Shown here piece after piece: positions 28,620 to 38,691 of a stretch of 64,000 nucleotides of DNA; within the stretch, counting starts at the first letter, position 1, and the number at the start of each line of letters is the position of its first letter. The translations under genes were made by a program, and so were the position numbers. A model generated the notes under the pieces. It was not told the origin of the DNA and searched no databases. It worked only from the letters and a program-made list of their open reading frames with translations. Origin of the DNA: a virus (lineage: Duplodnaviria > Caudoviricetes). The stretch is from positions 1 to 64,000 of the IMG/VR virus record IMGVR_UViG_2895427314_000002. One strand, given 5' to 3'.

Positions 28620-29008
28620 CCGCGCCCAGCCGGCCGCCCGCGCCCAGGCCTTCCCTGCCGATGCTGTCGATCGTCGCAGGGGTGGGCCTGGCCGTGTGGG
28701 TCCTCGGCCTCGTGCACACCGGCGTCGCCGTGTTCGTCGTGGCCGTCGTCTGCCTATGCATCGGCGCCGGGGCCTCGTTCGGCGTGGGCGACTACGTCGG
28801 CTACCGCCGCGCCGCCCGCCAGGTCGCCGCACTGCGCGACTACTGCGACAGCGCCTACAGCCAGGCTCGCCGCGCCCAGGCAGGCGAAGCGGACAAGACG
28901 GGCCGGCTCTACCGGGCGGAGAACGCGCTCCACGAGGCGCAGGCTGAGCTCGCCCGGCTGCGTGCCGAACGCGGCCAGGAGGCGGCCAGGGAGGTCGTGG
29001 ATCAGTGA
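28616..29008 (+). CDS. Membrane protein with coiled-coil tail
   Basis: Two TM-like segments. Confidence 0.7.
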   Translation: MTAPSRPPAPRPSLPMLSIVAGVGLAVWVLGLVHTGVAVFVVAVVCLCIGAGASFGVGDYVGYRRAARQVAALRDYCDSAYSQARRAQAGEADKTGRLYRAENALHEAQAELARLRAERGQEAAREVVDQ

Positions 29009-29274
29009 TCGATCTCCTGGAGAAGCTGGTGGAGCTGTTCTGGGCGGCCATGACCGTGCTCGGCACGGTGGTGTTCGCGGCAGGCGCGGCCGGGTTCGTG
29101 TGGGCGTGGCGATCGCACCGCGCCGACCAGCGCGAGCAGCGGCGGCGGCGTGACGAGCGTGCTCGGGCCCAGACCCCGGACGCGGTGCAGGGCGAGGACG
29201 GCCTGCGCGTCTGGATGGACTTCGTTCGCGATCAGAAGCTGCACACGATCCCGGCCCCGAAGGAGCGCCCGTGA
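29005..29274 (+). CDS. Small membrane protein
   Basis: One TM segment; coupled at both ends. Confidence 0.7.
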   Translation: MIDLLEKLVELFWAAMTVLGTVVFAAGAAGFVWAWRSHRADQREQRRRRDERARAQTPDAVQGEDGLRVWMDFVRDQKLHTIPAPKERP

Positions 29275-29825
29275 CGACGCCGCGCGTGTCCGGCCTCGAC
29301 CAGGCCGCCGAGAAGACAGGGCTGGCGCTGCCGGACGGCACGACGAGCCTCGTCACCGCACCCAAGGTGAGAGCACGGAAGGGCGCGCGGCGGACGCTGA
29401 CCGACAACATGCGGCGCATCGACCATGTGGAAGCCGAGACCGTCCGCCGCATCATCGAGGCGGGCACGCAGGCGATCGGCATCGAGGACTACGCCTTCCA
29501 GAAGCGGTCCTCGGCCACGCACCGGCTCGCCGAGATCGGCGGAACCGTCCGGCTGGCCTGCTGGCGGGCACGGATCGCCGTGGCAGTCATCAACCTGAAA
29601 CACCTGAAGTTGTACGCGACCGGGGACGGCGACGCCTCCAAACAGCAGATGGCCGACGCCGCCCGCACCTATGCGGGCGCCACCTTCCCCACCGAGGACG
29701 AATGCGACGCCGCCTGGGCGCGCTGGCTCCTCCTCGACCACCTCGGCCACCCCGAGGTCCACGTCCCCGCCGAGCATCGCCACGTGCTCGCCCACGTCAC
29801 CCTGCACCGGAAGGAAGGACCGTGA
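29271..29825 (+). CDS. RuvC-like Holliday junction resolvase
   Basis: GLD...TGLA, IEDY, LAEIGG, LKLYATGDGDASK, DECDA. Confidence 0.8.
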   Translation: MTTPRVSGLDQAAEKTGLALPDGTTSLVTAPKVRARKGARRTLTDNMRRIDHVEAETVRRIIEAGTQAIGIEDYAFQKRSSATHRLAEIGGTVRLACWRARIAVAVINLKHLKLYATGDGDASKQQMADAARTYAGATFPTEDECDAAWARWLLLDHLGHPEVHVPAEHRHVLAHVTLHRKEGP

Positions 29826-30040
29826 AAACCCCATCCGACGTCGCCGACGACGCTCGTTGGCGGAAACGCCAACGACCACGCATGCCGGACCGGCCACGCG
29901 CCGCCGTCTGGAACGGCGACCGCACCCGCCCGGTCGCCGTCGTCGAGGGCCGCCACCTGACCGCCGCCGACCTCGACGCCGCACGGCGACTGGCCACCCA
30001 GCCGAACATCCACCACCGCCACACCAGCTTCCAGGAGTAG
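29822..30040 (+). CDS. Hypothetical basic protein
   Basis: RBS AAGGA, GTGA overlap. Confidence 0.55.
   Translation: MKTPSDVADDARWRKRQRPRMPDRPRAAVWNGDRTRPVAVVEGRHLTAADLDAARRLATQPNIHHRHTSFQE
29856..29873. promoter_or_regulatory. 18-bp palindrome GTTGGCG-GAAA-CGCCAAC
   Basis: Perfect copy, intragenic. Confidence 0.8.
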
Positions 30041-30043
30041 GAG

Positions 30044-30355
30044 ATGACCACCACCACGCCGGTCGCCGTCCTCACCGAGGAACTGGCACGCCCCGACCCA
30101 ACCCCGCGCCGTCTGCTGCGGGCGCTGCGCACCGCCGGGTTCGAGATCAAGGCGGCACAGCCCCCGGCGTGGATGCCCAGCACGCCGGAGGCGCAGCACC
30201 TGGTCGAGCGGGCCGCCCAGCTCGCCCGGCAGGGCCAAGCACGCGACGAGATCGCGGCGTGCCTGCGCAAGGACAAGCGAACGATCAACCGCTATCTGGC
30301 CGCCGCCGACGTGCTCGGCCTGCTCAGCCCCGACACGGAGGAGCCGCCGGAATGA
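30044..30355 (+). CDS. HTH DNA-binding protein
   Basis: ARDEIAACLRKDKRTINRYL. Confidence 0.7.
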   Translation: MTTTTPVAVLTEELARPDPTPRRLLRALRTAGFEIKAAQPPAWMPSTPEAQHLVERAAQLARQGQARDEIAACLRKDKRTINRYLAAADVLGLLSPDTEEPPE

Positions 30356-30726
30356 GCCGCTACCGCACCGCCCTTGACCTGCGCGCCACCGGCTCGGTGA
30401 ACATACCGCAAGCGCCCTCGTGGCATCGAGACGCCGCCTGCCTCCGCGTAGGGCACGACCTATTCTTCGGCCCGGCCTCGGACCTGCCGCGCGAACTGCG
30501 CGAGACCACTGAGGAGAAGGTCGCACGCGAGGCTCGCGCCCGCGCGATGTGCCGCGGTTGCCCCGTCCGGCGGAACTGCCACGTCTACATCCACAGCTTC
30601 CCCATCGGCGACCAGGTCGGCATCTGGGCCGACACCGACCAGGACGAGCGGCGCGTCGAGCGCCGCAAGAACCAGCGCAAGACCGCTGCCGCCCGGCGGC
30701 GGCGCGCAGAAGGGACAGCGCCGTGA
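30352..30726 (+). CDS. WhiB-family Fe-S transcription factor
   Basis: WHRDAAC...LFF...AMCRGCPVRRNC...GIWA; basic tail. Confidence 0.9.
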   Translation: MSRYRTALDLRATGSVNIPQAPSWHRDAACLRVGHDLFFGPASDLPRELRETTEEKVAREARARAMCRGCPVRRNCHVYIHSFPIGDQVGIWADTDQDERRVERRKNQRKTAAARRRRAEGTAP

Positions 30727-31040
30727 GCACCCGAGCCGACGCCCAGATGAGGGCCATCGACGAGGCCGCCGAGGTTCTGGCCAAGCGCATGCGCGAGTGG
30801 GCGGCGACGCCCGCTGACGAGCGTGAGGCGGTCGAGGTGTTCACGCGCCGCTTCATGCTCGACCTGAACGGGCACGGCTGGCGGCTCACGCCGGCTGCCC
30901 GGGTCAACCCGCTCGCGCGCAGGAGCGCCGCCGACCCTGCCGCGGCGGCGCAGCGGGGCGCCGCACTCGCCTTTGCTGAGCTCGCGAAGGTGATGGAGAA
31001 GCGAGCCGTGATCAGCCAGGCCGAGGGAGACGAGGAGTGA
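30723..31040 (+). CDS. Hypothetical protein
   Basis: GTGA coupling. Confidence 0.65.
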   Translation: MSTRADAQMRAIDEAAEVLAKRMREWAATPADEREAVEVFTRRFMLDLNGHGWRLTPAARVNPLARRSAADPAAAAQRGAALAFAELAKVMEKRAVISQAEGDEE

Positions 31041-31582
31041 GCCCGGCCAGGCCCGCGCACGAGCAGCCCGGCCACACTCCGGCGACCGTGCCGTACGACG
31101 AGTACGGCAACCTGCTGTCCACCACCGCGGGCGTGGACCCTGACCGCATCACCTGGCGGCCTCCGCACCCGTTCACCCAACCGCTCCACCTCCATGACGC
31201 TCGCGCGCTGCGCGGCATCACCCGGCCCGTGACGTGGAAGGACCCGCACGGGCCCGCCACGTTCCCGATGTTCGCCGACGACCTCGCCCGCGTCATCAAG
31301 GGGACGATCAGCGACCACGGGCTCGTCGTCGGCGCCACGTGGGTGCCGCTCGTCCGCCGCGATCGATATGGCATCTCCCTGAAGACCTTCCACGAGCAGG
31401 AAGAACCCGCCGCCGAACGCGAGCTGCCGGCGAGCCCGGCTGAGGAGGCCGCGGCCCGCTTTATCGACCGCGAGCACGTCGTCCAGCTCGTGCGCGTCGC
31501 CTTCTCCATGGGCGAGCCCGAGGCGGACCTTCCGCCGGACCTGACCACCCTGATCCGCCACATCAGAGAGGACCAGCCATGA
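31037..31582 (+). CDS. Hypothetical protein
   Basis: Coupled ORF with RBS. Confidence 0.7.
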   Translation: MSPARPAHEQPGHTPATVPYDEYGNLLSTTAGVDPDRITWRPPHPFTQPLHLHDARALRGITRPVTWKDPHGPATFPMFADDLARVIKGTISDHGLVVGATWVPLVRRDRYGISLKTFHEQEEPAAERELPASPAEEAAARFIDREHVVQLVRVAFSMGEPEADLPPDLTTLIRHIREDQP

Positions 31583-31878
31583 CAACGCGCCACGAAACGC
31601 TCCGCAGGCTCCCGCCGGGGGCACACACCCTGCTCAAGACGATCGCCGAACACGACGACGGCGACGGCGTCATGTTCGACCCGGCCCCGTACGGCCGGTG
31701 GACGCTGCGCGGCTCCGACTACGCCGTCAACCGCAGCACGTTCCACACCCTCGCCGTGGCCCGCGGCTTCATCGACGTCGGCGACGGGTTCACCAACCCC
31801 GTGCGCATCACTCAGGCCGGGCGCGACTACCTCGACCACCACCAGAGCCGAACCGCCAGGAAGGACCGCCAGCAGTGA
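31579..31878 (+). CDS. Winged-helix-like protein
   Basis: TFHTLAVARGFI...VRITQAGRDYL. Confidence 0.6.
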   Translation: MTTRHETLRRLPPGAHTLLKTIAEHDDGDGVMFDPAPYGRWTLRGSDYAVNRSTFHTLAVARGFIDVGDGFTNPVRITQAGRDYLDHHQSRTARKDRQQ

Positions 31879-32198
31879 CCAGCCACCCCACCACCACCGC
31901 CGCGCGACCGCCGCAGTTTCCCCAGGCCGTCGAACGCCTCCTCGACGCCATCGCCGCCAACCCTGACTACAAGCAGACCGGCGTCGTCACCTACACGCCC
32001 ATCCCCTCCGCGCGCGGCCGATGGCAGGCCGGGGAGCACACCTGCGGCGACGGCACCATCAACACCGCCGCGACCAACAAGCTCATCACGCTTGAGCTGC
32101 TCGGGCCGAAGGTGCGCGTGCTCGCGCTCACCGCGGTCGGCCTCGACCACGTGCAGGCCCGCCACGCCCGCCGGAGCCGAGAGGCGAACGCCCGATGA
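31875..32198 (+). CDS. Winged-helix-like protein, possible paralog of 31579
   Basis: GRW...TINTAATNKLI...LALTAVGLDHV. Confidence 0.55.
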   Translation: MTSHPTTTAARPPQFPQAVERLLDAIAANPDYKQTGVVTYTPIPSARGRWQAGEHTCGDGTINTAATNKLITLELLGPKVRVLALTAVGLDHVQARHARRSREANAR

Positions 32199-32506
32199 CC
32201 TACACCCGCCTGACCCACCTCCACGGATGCTTCGACCCCAGCCGGGAGTACACCGTCGAAGCCAGCATCATGATCCAGGACGAGCAGCAGACCAGCCAGG
32301 GCTTGCGCGCGGTGCTCACCCTCGACGACGGCACCGCCCTGATGACCGCGCTCGTAGAGCCGCCTCTGTACGCGGAGGTGGGCGCCGACCGGCTCCTGCC
32401 GAGCGAGGACAGGCTGCGGTTCACCGGCCGCCTCGACCTGGAGGAGAACGAGCCGCGCCTGATCGTGCAGACCGTGCACGACCTCTCGAAGAGGGACACG
32501 CGGTGA
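32195..32506 (+). CDS. Stand-alone OB-fold nucleic-acid-binding protein (DnaE C-terminal-like)
   Basis: AVLTLDDGT...PPLY...FTGRLD...PRLIVQTV. Confidence 0.65.
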   Translation: MTYTRLTHLHGCFDPSREYTVEASIMIQDEQQTSQGLRAVLTLDDGTALMTALVEPPLYAEVGADRLLPSEDRLRFTGRLDLEENEPRLIVQTVHDLSKRDTR

Positions 32507-32967
32507 CCGAGCAGAACATTCCCCAGCCGTACGACCCACTCGCCGTCTCACACGCCAAGCAGGCCATCACTGCCGCCCTCCACGAAGACGACGACACCAC
32601 GGCCCAACTCGTCGCCACGATCGTGAACGAGACCGGCCTGCCCGGCATCCTCGATGCCGTCTTTGTGTGGTGCGCAACCATCCACGCCCGCATCGGGCTC
32701 CCGTTCGGCGTCATACTCACCCTCACCTACATCCACCCGGAGACCGGGGAACCGATCCCCGAGACGGAGGCAGACCCCGCGCTCATCTGGGCCAGCCACG
32801 TCATCCAGGCCTACGTGGCCCGCGACAAGCCCCGGTTCGACAGTCTGCTCAAGGACATGCTGGACGGCGATCCCGGACGGCTCGCCGCCCAGCTCATCAC
32901 GATGGTCGAGCACGTGGCCGCGCACATCAGGCTCGCCAGCCTGCGCAGCACAGCGGAGCTGTCGTGA
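32503..32967 (+). CDS. Hypothetical protein
   Basis: GTGA coupling at both ends. Confidence 0.7.
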   Translation: MTEQNIPQPYDPLAVSHAKQAITAALHEDDDTTAQLVATIVNETGLPGILDAVFVWCATIHARIGLPFGVILTLTYIHPETGEPIPETEADPALIWASHVIQAYVARDKPRFDSLLKDMLDGDPGRLAAQLITMVEHVAAHIRLASLRSTAELS

Positions 32968-34724
32968 CGCACCATGTCGTCCAGATGAGCGGCGGCCTGG
33001 GATCGTTCTGGGCCGCCGTCTTCGCCGTCCTGGTATACGGCAAGGAGAACGTCGTCCTTCTGTTCGCCGACACCCTGTGGGAACACCCCGACACGTACCG
33101 CTTCCTAGGGCAGGCCAGCGAACACCTCGACATCACCCCGATCATCGTGTGCGACGGCCGCAACCCGTTCCAGGTGTATTTCGACCAGCACTTCCTCGGA
33201 AACTCCCGGATCGCGCCGTGCACGAAGGAACTCAAGCAGAAGCCCTGCCGCCGCTGGCTGGAGGAGCACTGCGACCCGGCCGACACCATCCTGTACGTCG
33301 GCCTCGACGCGGCCGAGGAGCGCCGCCGGCCCGGCGTCATCAAGGGATGGACGCCGTGGCGAGTCGAGTTCCCCCTGATGGACGACAAGACCTGGGACAA
33401 GAAGCGGATGAAGACCGAGTGCGCCAAGCTCGGCATCACCATCCCCCGCATGTACGAACTGGGGTTCTCCCACAACAACTGCTTGCACCCGGACACCCGC
33501 TACATCACGAGCGAGGGCATCAAGACCCTCCGCGAGACGTGCGGACAGACCGTCAAGGTCCTGGGCCGCGGCGGCGGCTGGCGGGAGGCGGAGATCCGGT
33601 CGTTCGGCGAGCAGCCCACTTACGAGCTGCGGCTGCGACGGTACGACGACGAGATGACCGTCATCACCACGGGGGACCATCTCTGGCCTGTGCGCAAGCG
33701 GGCTGGACGGAACGCCCACGAGTTCCGGCACACGCTCGTGCTCAGTGCAGGAGACCGCATCGCGGGCATGTATGGCCACGTCCGGAGCAACGTGGTGCCG
33801 TCCACGATCGGCATCATGGCCGGGTTCACCTTCGGCGACGGCACCGCTCCCGCCGTCAACGGGCAGAACCAGCCGGCCCGCGCCTATCTGTGTGGCGACA
33901 AGGACAAGGCGATGCTGCCGTACTTCGCGGGCTGCCGGATCAAGGAGGACAGACCCCGTGTCCTGAAGGTCCTGGACCTGCCGAGGTCGTGGAAGCAACC
34001 CCCGCCGCTGGAGGAATCCCAGTCGTACCTGTACGGATGGCTGGCCGGGTACTTCGCCGCTGACGGCAGCATGAGCGGCGGCAGCGCGGTCATCTACTCG
34101 GCGAACCAAGCCCGGCTCGAGACCGTGCAAGATGTGGCGGCCAGGATTGGCATCGCGACGGGCCGCATCCGCACCGCGCACCGGACCGGGTACAACACCG
34201 AGCGGAGCCCGATCTACAGCGTGACGCTGGTGATGGCCACGCTCCGGGAGGACTTCTTCCTCCTGCCCCACCACCGGGAGAAGTTCCTCGCCCGCGAGAA
34301 TCCCCAACGACCAGGTGACTGGCAAGTGGTCGAGGTCGTCCCCACCGGGCGTGTCGAGGAGGTCATGTGCGCGGTCGTCCCTGACGGCCACGTGTTCACC
34401 CTCGACGGCAACCTGCTCACGCACAACTGCCAGGGCAGCTGTGTCCGGGCGGGACAGGCTCAGTGGCTTCTCACGCTCCGCGAGTTCCCGGAGCGGTACG
34501 CCCTGGCCGAGGCCGAGGAGCAGCGCTTCCGCGAGGAGCACGGCAAGGACGTGTCGATCCTCACCGAAACCGTGAACGGCGCGAAGTGCACGCTCACGCT
34601 CAGGAAGCTGCGGCTGCGCGCGGAGGTGGGCGTGATCCGTCTCCTCGCGCCTGGATCTGTTCAGCGCCGTCGTCACATGACCGTGAAGACAGAGCCGTTG
34701 TTCGAGATGGGGTGCCCGGCATGA
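32964..34724 (+). CDS. PAPS-reductase-family (PP-loop) protein containing an intein
   Basis: VVQMSGGLGS, LFADTLWEHPDTYRF, CTKELK, PRMYELGFSHNN|C...|CQGSCVRAG. Confidence 0.88.
   Translation: MTHHVVQMSGGLGSFWAAVFAVLVYGKENVVLLFADTLWEHPDTYRFLGQASEHLDITPIIVCDGRNPFQVYFDQHFLGNSRIAPCTKELKQKPCRRWLEEHCDPADTILYVGLDAAEERRRPGVIKGWTPWRVEFPLMDDKTWDKKRMKTECAKLGITIPRMYELGFSHNNCLHPDTRYITSEGIKTLRETCGQTVKVLGRGGGWREAEIRSFGEQPTYELRLRRYDDEMTVITTGDHLWPVRKRAGRNAHEFRHTLVLSAGDRIAGMYGHVRSNVVPSTIGIMAGFTFGDGTAPAVNGQNQPARAYLCGDKDKAMLPYFAGCRIKEDRPRVLKVLDLPRSWKQPPPLEESQSYLYGWLAGYFAADGSMSGGSAVIYSANQARLETVQDVAARIGIATGRIRTAHRTGYNTERSPIYSVTLVMATLREDFFLLPHHREKFLARENPQRPGDWQVVEVVPTGRVEEVMCAVVPDGHVFTLDGNLLTHNCQGSCVRAGQAQWLLTLREFPERYALAEAEEQRFREEHGKDVSILTETVNGAKCTLTLRKLRLRAEVGVIRLLAPGSVQRRRHMTVKTEPLFEMGCPA
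33480..34427 (+). mobile_element. Intein with LAGLIDADG homing endonuclease (316 aa)
   Basis: Starts CLHPDT, block B TGDH, IMAGFTFGDG and WLAGYFAADG, ends LLTHN followed by Cys. Confidence 0.93.
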
Positions 34725-34897
34725 GGAAGATCGTCACGTGGCTGGGGCGTGTGGCCAGGTACCGACTCCGCTTCGGCCGCTTCCAGCTCTACATCGAGCC
34801 CCGCGACCTGTGGCGCGGGCTCTACATCGGCAAGGACGCGATCTACTACTGCCCCTTGCCCACGCTCGTCTTCCGCTGGGCGAGGAGGCCGCGGTGA
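34721..34897 (+). CDS. Small hypothetical protein
   Basis: ATGA/GTGA coupling; EPRDLWRGLY. Confidence 0.6.
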   Translation: MRKIVTWLGRVARYRLRFGRFQLYIEPRDLWRGLYIGKDAIYYCPLPTLVFRWARRPR

Positions 34898-35691
34898 ACA
34901 CGACCATGCTGTACGAGGCGCTCGAACGCCACTACCGCAAGCCCGGCGCTGCCCATCAGGGCGAGATCCTGATCCGCGAGGTTCCCGCCCCCGGCAGCGG
35001 TCGGCAGGCGGACCTGATCCGGATCGGGCTCTGGCCATCACGCGGGTACGCGCTCGACGTCCACGAGCTCAAGGTGACCCGCGCGGACTGGCTACGCGAA
35101 CTCGCCGACCCGGGCAAGGCCGACGCCTGGTGGCCGCACTGCTCCCGCTTCTGGGTCGTCGCTCCGGCCGGGGTCGTCCACACGAACGAGCTGCCGCCCG
35201 GGTGGGGATTGCTGCAGCCGCCCACGTCCGTGAACCGCCGCCGGTTCACCACCGTCGTGGACGCGGCGGTGAAGGAGCCCCAGCTCTCGTTGGAGCTGCT
35301 CGCCACCTTGGCCAGGCGGACCGACAACACCCGCCTGGCCGAGATGGACCTACTGCGTGAGCAGCACCGCGACGCACTCTATAAGGCCCGCACCGAGGCC
35401 CGGCAGCACGCAGCGCAGACCGGCCTGGGCGAGTACGTGCGCCGCCGCCTGAACCTCCTGGACGAGCTGGAGAAACTGCTCGGCGCGACGCTCGACGACT
35501 TCGGATGGGGTGACGGTACCCGCCTGGACCGGATGACCCCGTACGAGCTGGCGTCGGCGCTGGCCGACTGCCGTGACCACATCCGGCTGCAGCAGCGGCA
35601 GGCTCGCGTGGAGGAGCTGATGGGCCGCCTGTCGTACGCGGCGCAGAACGTCATGACCGAGATGCGGAAGGTGGGAAACGGCAATGGGTGA
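34894..35691 (+). CDS. MmcB-like PD-(D/E)xK nuclease
   Basis: REV...RQAD...HELKVTRADWLREL..PGKA...FWVVAP. Confidence 0.75.
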   Translation: MNTTMLYEALERHYRKPGAAHQGEILIREVPAPGSGRQADLIRIGLWPSRGYALDVHELKVTRADWLRELADPGKADAWWPHCSRFWVVAPAGVVHTNELPPGWGLLQPPTSVNRRRFTTVVDAAVKEPQLSLELLATLARRTDNTRLAEMDLLREQHRDALYKARTEARQHAAQTGLGEYVRRRLNLLDELEKLLGATLDDFGWGDGTRLDRMTPYELASALADCRDHIRLQQRQARVEELMGRLSYAAQNVMTEMRKVGNGNG

Positions 35692-36685
35692 CTGGCGCAC
35701 GGACACTGAACGGGCCCAGCTCGCGCTCATGGTGATCGGCCCCGACCGGCGGGAACGCCTCATCACCAACTACGCGGACAGGCTGTCCCTGACCCACGGC
35801 ATGACCGCCGCAGCGGCCCGGCGCTACGCCACCGAGTTGGTGGACGACGCCGACTCCGGCGCCGTCCTCCGCATCGGGCAGACCTGGACACAGCGCGACG
35901 GCGAGTCCCTACCTGGTGCCGAGCACTTAAGAGCCCTGGTGAGAGACGTGGCCGAGAAGTCCGTCACTGTGGTCGGGTTTACCGACGACGGCCTCGTGTC
36001 GGTCGGCGATGGCGACCTCCACCTGGGGCCGCACCTGTTCGACCGCATGTGGCTGACCGCGTGGCCGCCCGAGCACACGCTCATCGAGGAGCCACAGCCG
36101 CCGCAGGCCGCACTCGCTCCACCGGAGGAGGAGGTGACCGGCGACGGCGACGCGGAGCGGTTCGACCCGAACCATCTGTGGGTCATGGCGCACCGGGCCA
36201 GCAAGGACGGCCTGCCGCGCGGCGAGGGCCTGCCGCTGCTCGGCGACGACTACCAGGCCGTGAACTGGCGCAAACCCGAGTACGAGCCGTCCTACGGCAA
36301 CGTCATCGACATCCCCGCCTACCTGAACAAGTACCTGGCCGACTATCGGGCTGGCTGGCCCGAATTCCGCGCCCAGTTCCAGCATCAGCGCGGCGCCAAC
36401 GTGCTGACGTACTTCAACACGCTCGGCTCGTGCGAGTGCGACAGCGCCGTCGCCGCCTACCTCGGCCACTGGCTGTGGCAGCGGGCTCGCGCCGACGTCG
36501 TCACCCAGTACGGCGGCACCGTGGACGACTACGACGTGATGTTCATGTGGGGGCCGTTCATGGCCGACGCCGTGCTGGAGGCCGCTCCGTACGCGCACCC
36601 CGAGTGGCCGATCCCCGCCGATCACCCGCTGGCTCGGTGTGACGGCCAGGCCGACCTCTTCAGCGAAGGCGGGGAGCATGGCTGA
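35684..36685 (+). CDS. Hypothetical phage protein
   Basis: 333-aa ORF, GC3 bias, GQADLF tail. Confidence 0.75.
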   Translation: MGDWRTDTERAQLALMVIGPDRRERLITNYADRLSLTHGMTAAAARRYATELVDDADSGAVLRIGQTWTQRDGESLPGAEHLRALVRDVAEKSVTVVGFTDDGLVSVGDGDLHLGPHLFDRMWLTAWPPEHTLIEEPQPPQAALAPPEEEVTGDGDAERFDPNHLWVMAHRASKDGLPRGEGLPLLGDDYQAVNWRKPEYEPSYGNVIDIPAYLNKYLADYRAGWPEFRAQFQHQRGANVLTYFNTLGSCECDSAVAAYLGHWLWQRARADVVTQYGGTVDDYDVMFMWGPFMADAVLEAAPYAHPEWPIPADHPLARCDGQADLFSEGGEHG

Positions 36686-37061
36686 CGCACCAAGGAAGCT
36701 CACTCCCGAGCAGGCGCGCGACCTCTACCCGTTCCTGGAGGCCGGCCGGCGCGGGCTCGCCGCGGCGAAGTGGCGGGTCGGCATGGACGCCGACGACCTG
36801 CTGGCGCCCGTCGTGCTCGCGGTCATCGCGGAGATGAACCGGCGGGTCCAGCCGGGCAAGCAGATCGCCGCGGCCGGTGCGGGTTTCGTCTTCGTGCCCG
36901 TCGAACTGCTCGACGCTCTCTCTGACCCGGAGCCGTGCTACTTCGACCATGACGGCGGATGCCAGGCCCATGGGCCGACGTTCACCTATCCGCGCTGCCC
37001 ACACGCTCACGCCCGTGAACTGCTCGCCACCACCAGAGAGGAACCAGAAGATCATGCATGA
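36678..37061 (+). CDS. Hypothetical protein
   Basis: DPEPCYFDHDGGCQAH...CPH motif. Confidence 0.7.
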   Translation: MADAPRKLTPEQARDLYPFLEAGRRGLAAAKWRVGMDADDLLAPVVLAVIAEMNRRVQPGKQIAAAGAGFVFVPVELLDALSDPEPCYFDHDGGCQAHGPTFTYPRCPHAHARELLATTREEPEDHA

Positions 37062-37695
37062 GCACACGCCACCGCCCGCCGACCGGCTCGCCGAAATCCG
37101 AGACCTCCACGTGGGCTCCTGCACCGCCGACGCCCCGCACAACCCCGACGTGTGGGCACTGGAGAGCGCTCGTAAGGACCTGCTCGCCGAGGTGGACCGC
37201 CTCAACAAGGCAGTGGAGATCCTGGGCACGGCGTTGCAGATCGACTCCCTGACCGTCATCGACGAACTCAAGCGACACGCCGGGGACGCCTGCCTCCCGA
37301 TCGAGGACGTGGAGCGCTTCCTCAAGCGGGAGCGCGACGAGTACGAGGCGCGCGGGCAGGACTGGAACACCGTGGACAACGTGCTGGACTGCTTCCGCCT
37401 TCACATGGTCACCGGCACGCCGCTGACCGAACCGAGACCGGAGGAAGGCCCCAGCGACCCGAGCGTTGGCCGCCCGGGACTGACCGAGGCCGAGGAACTC
37501 CACGCCGAACTGGCCCGCGTCAAGGCGGAGCACGAGCGCGAGATGCTCAAGGTCATCGACGAGCGTGACCAGATGCACGACCTGCTCGACACGTTCGCCT
37601 ACCGTGTCGCCCCCGTGGAGAAGATCGGGGAGCACTCCAGCGGCAACGACCCGTGGCAGAACGCCCTCGAGCTGCTCACGCCACACCAGCCATGA
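37054..37695 (+). CDS. Hypothetical coiled-coil protein
   Basis: RLAEIR...LLAEVDRL; GEHSSGNDPW. Confidence 0.7.
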   Translation: MHEHTPPPADRLAEIRDLHVGSCTADAPHNPDVWALESARKDLLAEVDRLNKAVEILGTALQIDSLTVIDELKRHAGDACLPIEDVERFLKRERDEYEARGQDWNTVDNVLDCFRLHMVTGTPLTEPRPEEGPSDPSVGRPGLTEAEELHAELARVKAEHEREMLKVIDERDQMHDLLDTFAYRVAPVEKIGEHSSGNDPWQNALELLTPHQP

Positions 37696-37725
37696 CCCCC
37701 ACCATCACGAGAGATCGGAAACACG

Positions 37726-38199
37726 ATGACCGACCTCACCACTGCCATCGCCGCGCAGTACGTGCGCGGCCTGGAGCAGAACTTCGAGGACGCCGGAGAC
37801 TGGGGTGTCCAGCCCACCCTCATACTGATCTGCACGTACACCAACCAGCACACGGTCGGCCCTGATCTGCTCGTCCCCGTTCCCGTCGTCCCCTCCGCGT
37901 GGATCAACGATGGGGAACTGCCCGCCGACGCCCTCGACCGCATCGACCCGGCGGCGCTCTGTACCGCTGGGCAACCGGTGCTGACTCCGGTCGCCGTCGC
38001 GCTCGCTCATGAGGTGGTCGTCCTGTCGGGCAAGGACGCGCGGCTGCTGTACTGCGGCCTCGCGGACGGCACTCTCGTCGGCGCCGGCCGGGTGCGCGGC
38101 GACGCGCCGAACGTGAAGGTGTATCCGCCGGACCACGAGCATGATGTCACCCCGGCCGCGGTCCGCCGCCTGGCCATGGTGGTCCTCGGAGGCTCGTGA
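37726..38199 (+). CDS. Hypothetical protein
   Basis: ORF track; codon bias. Confidence 0.7.
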   Translation: MTDLTTAIAAQYVRGLEQNFEDAGDWGVQPTLILICTYTNQHTVGPDLLVPVPVVPSAWINDGELPADALDRIDPAALCTAGQPVLTPVAVALAHEVVVLSGKDARLLYCGLADGTLVGAGRVRGDAPNVKVYPPDHEHDVTPAAVRRLAMVVLGGS

Positions 38200-38204
38200 C
38201 GCTT

Positions 38205-38222
38205 GTTGGCGGTACCGCTTAC
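38205..38222. promoter_or_regulatory. Degenerate 18-bp palindrome GTTGGCG-GTAC-CGCTTAC
   Basis: 2 mismatches; upstream of the replication gene. Confidence 0.6.
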
Positions 38223-38286
38223 GGTGGGGGCTCACCCATTCCCTCAATGGGGCGAGCCCCCATCGCCGTGTCTGAGGGAGGATCGG

Positions 38287-38691
38287 GTGAGCGCACGCCT
38301 GTTCGGGCTGGTCGCCGCGTGGCTGGAAACTGCGGCTGCGGACGGCATGACCCAGTCCGAGCGGCTCGTGCTGCTGCTCATCGCGGAGCGGGCCCGGGAC
38401 ACCGATCGGCGCATGGTGTCGTTCCGGGCGGACCGGCGTGACGACGGCACGAAGATCACGCTGACGGAGCTGCTGCAGGCGCGGGCCGGGCTGACGCCGC
38501 GCGGGCTGGCCGACACGGTGCAGCGCCTGGCACGGCGTGGCCTGGAAGTGCGGGTGCCGGTCGGCAAGGACCGCAACGGCGTGATCATGTACGCGCGTCG
38601 CGGCCACGCGACGGACTACCGGCTGCCGGATCTGCCTGCCTCGGTGAGCCTTCCTGAGCCACCGGCACGGCGCGGCTCACGCGCCTCCTGA
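38287..38691 (+). CDS. Small HTH replication-initiator-like protein
   Basis: MTQSERLVLLLIAERA...ELLQARAGLT...VQRLARRGLE...GHATDYRLP; followed directly by iterons. Confidence 0.65.
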   Translation: MSARLFGLVAAWLETAAADGMTQSERLVLLLIAERARDTDRRMVSFRADRRDDGTKITLTELLQARAGLTPRGLADTVQRLARRGLEVRVPVGKDRNGVIMYARRGHATDYRLPDLPASVSLPEPPARRGSRAS

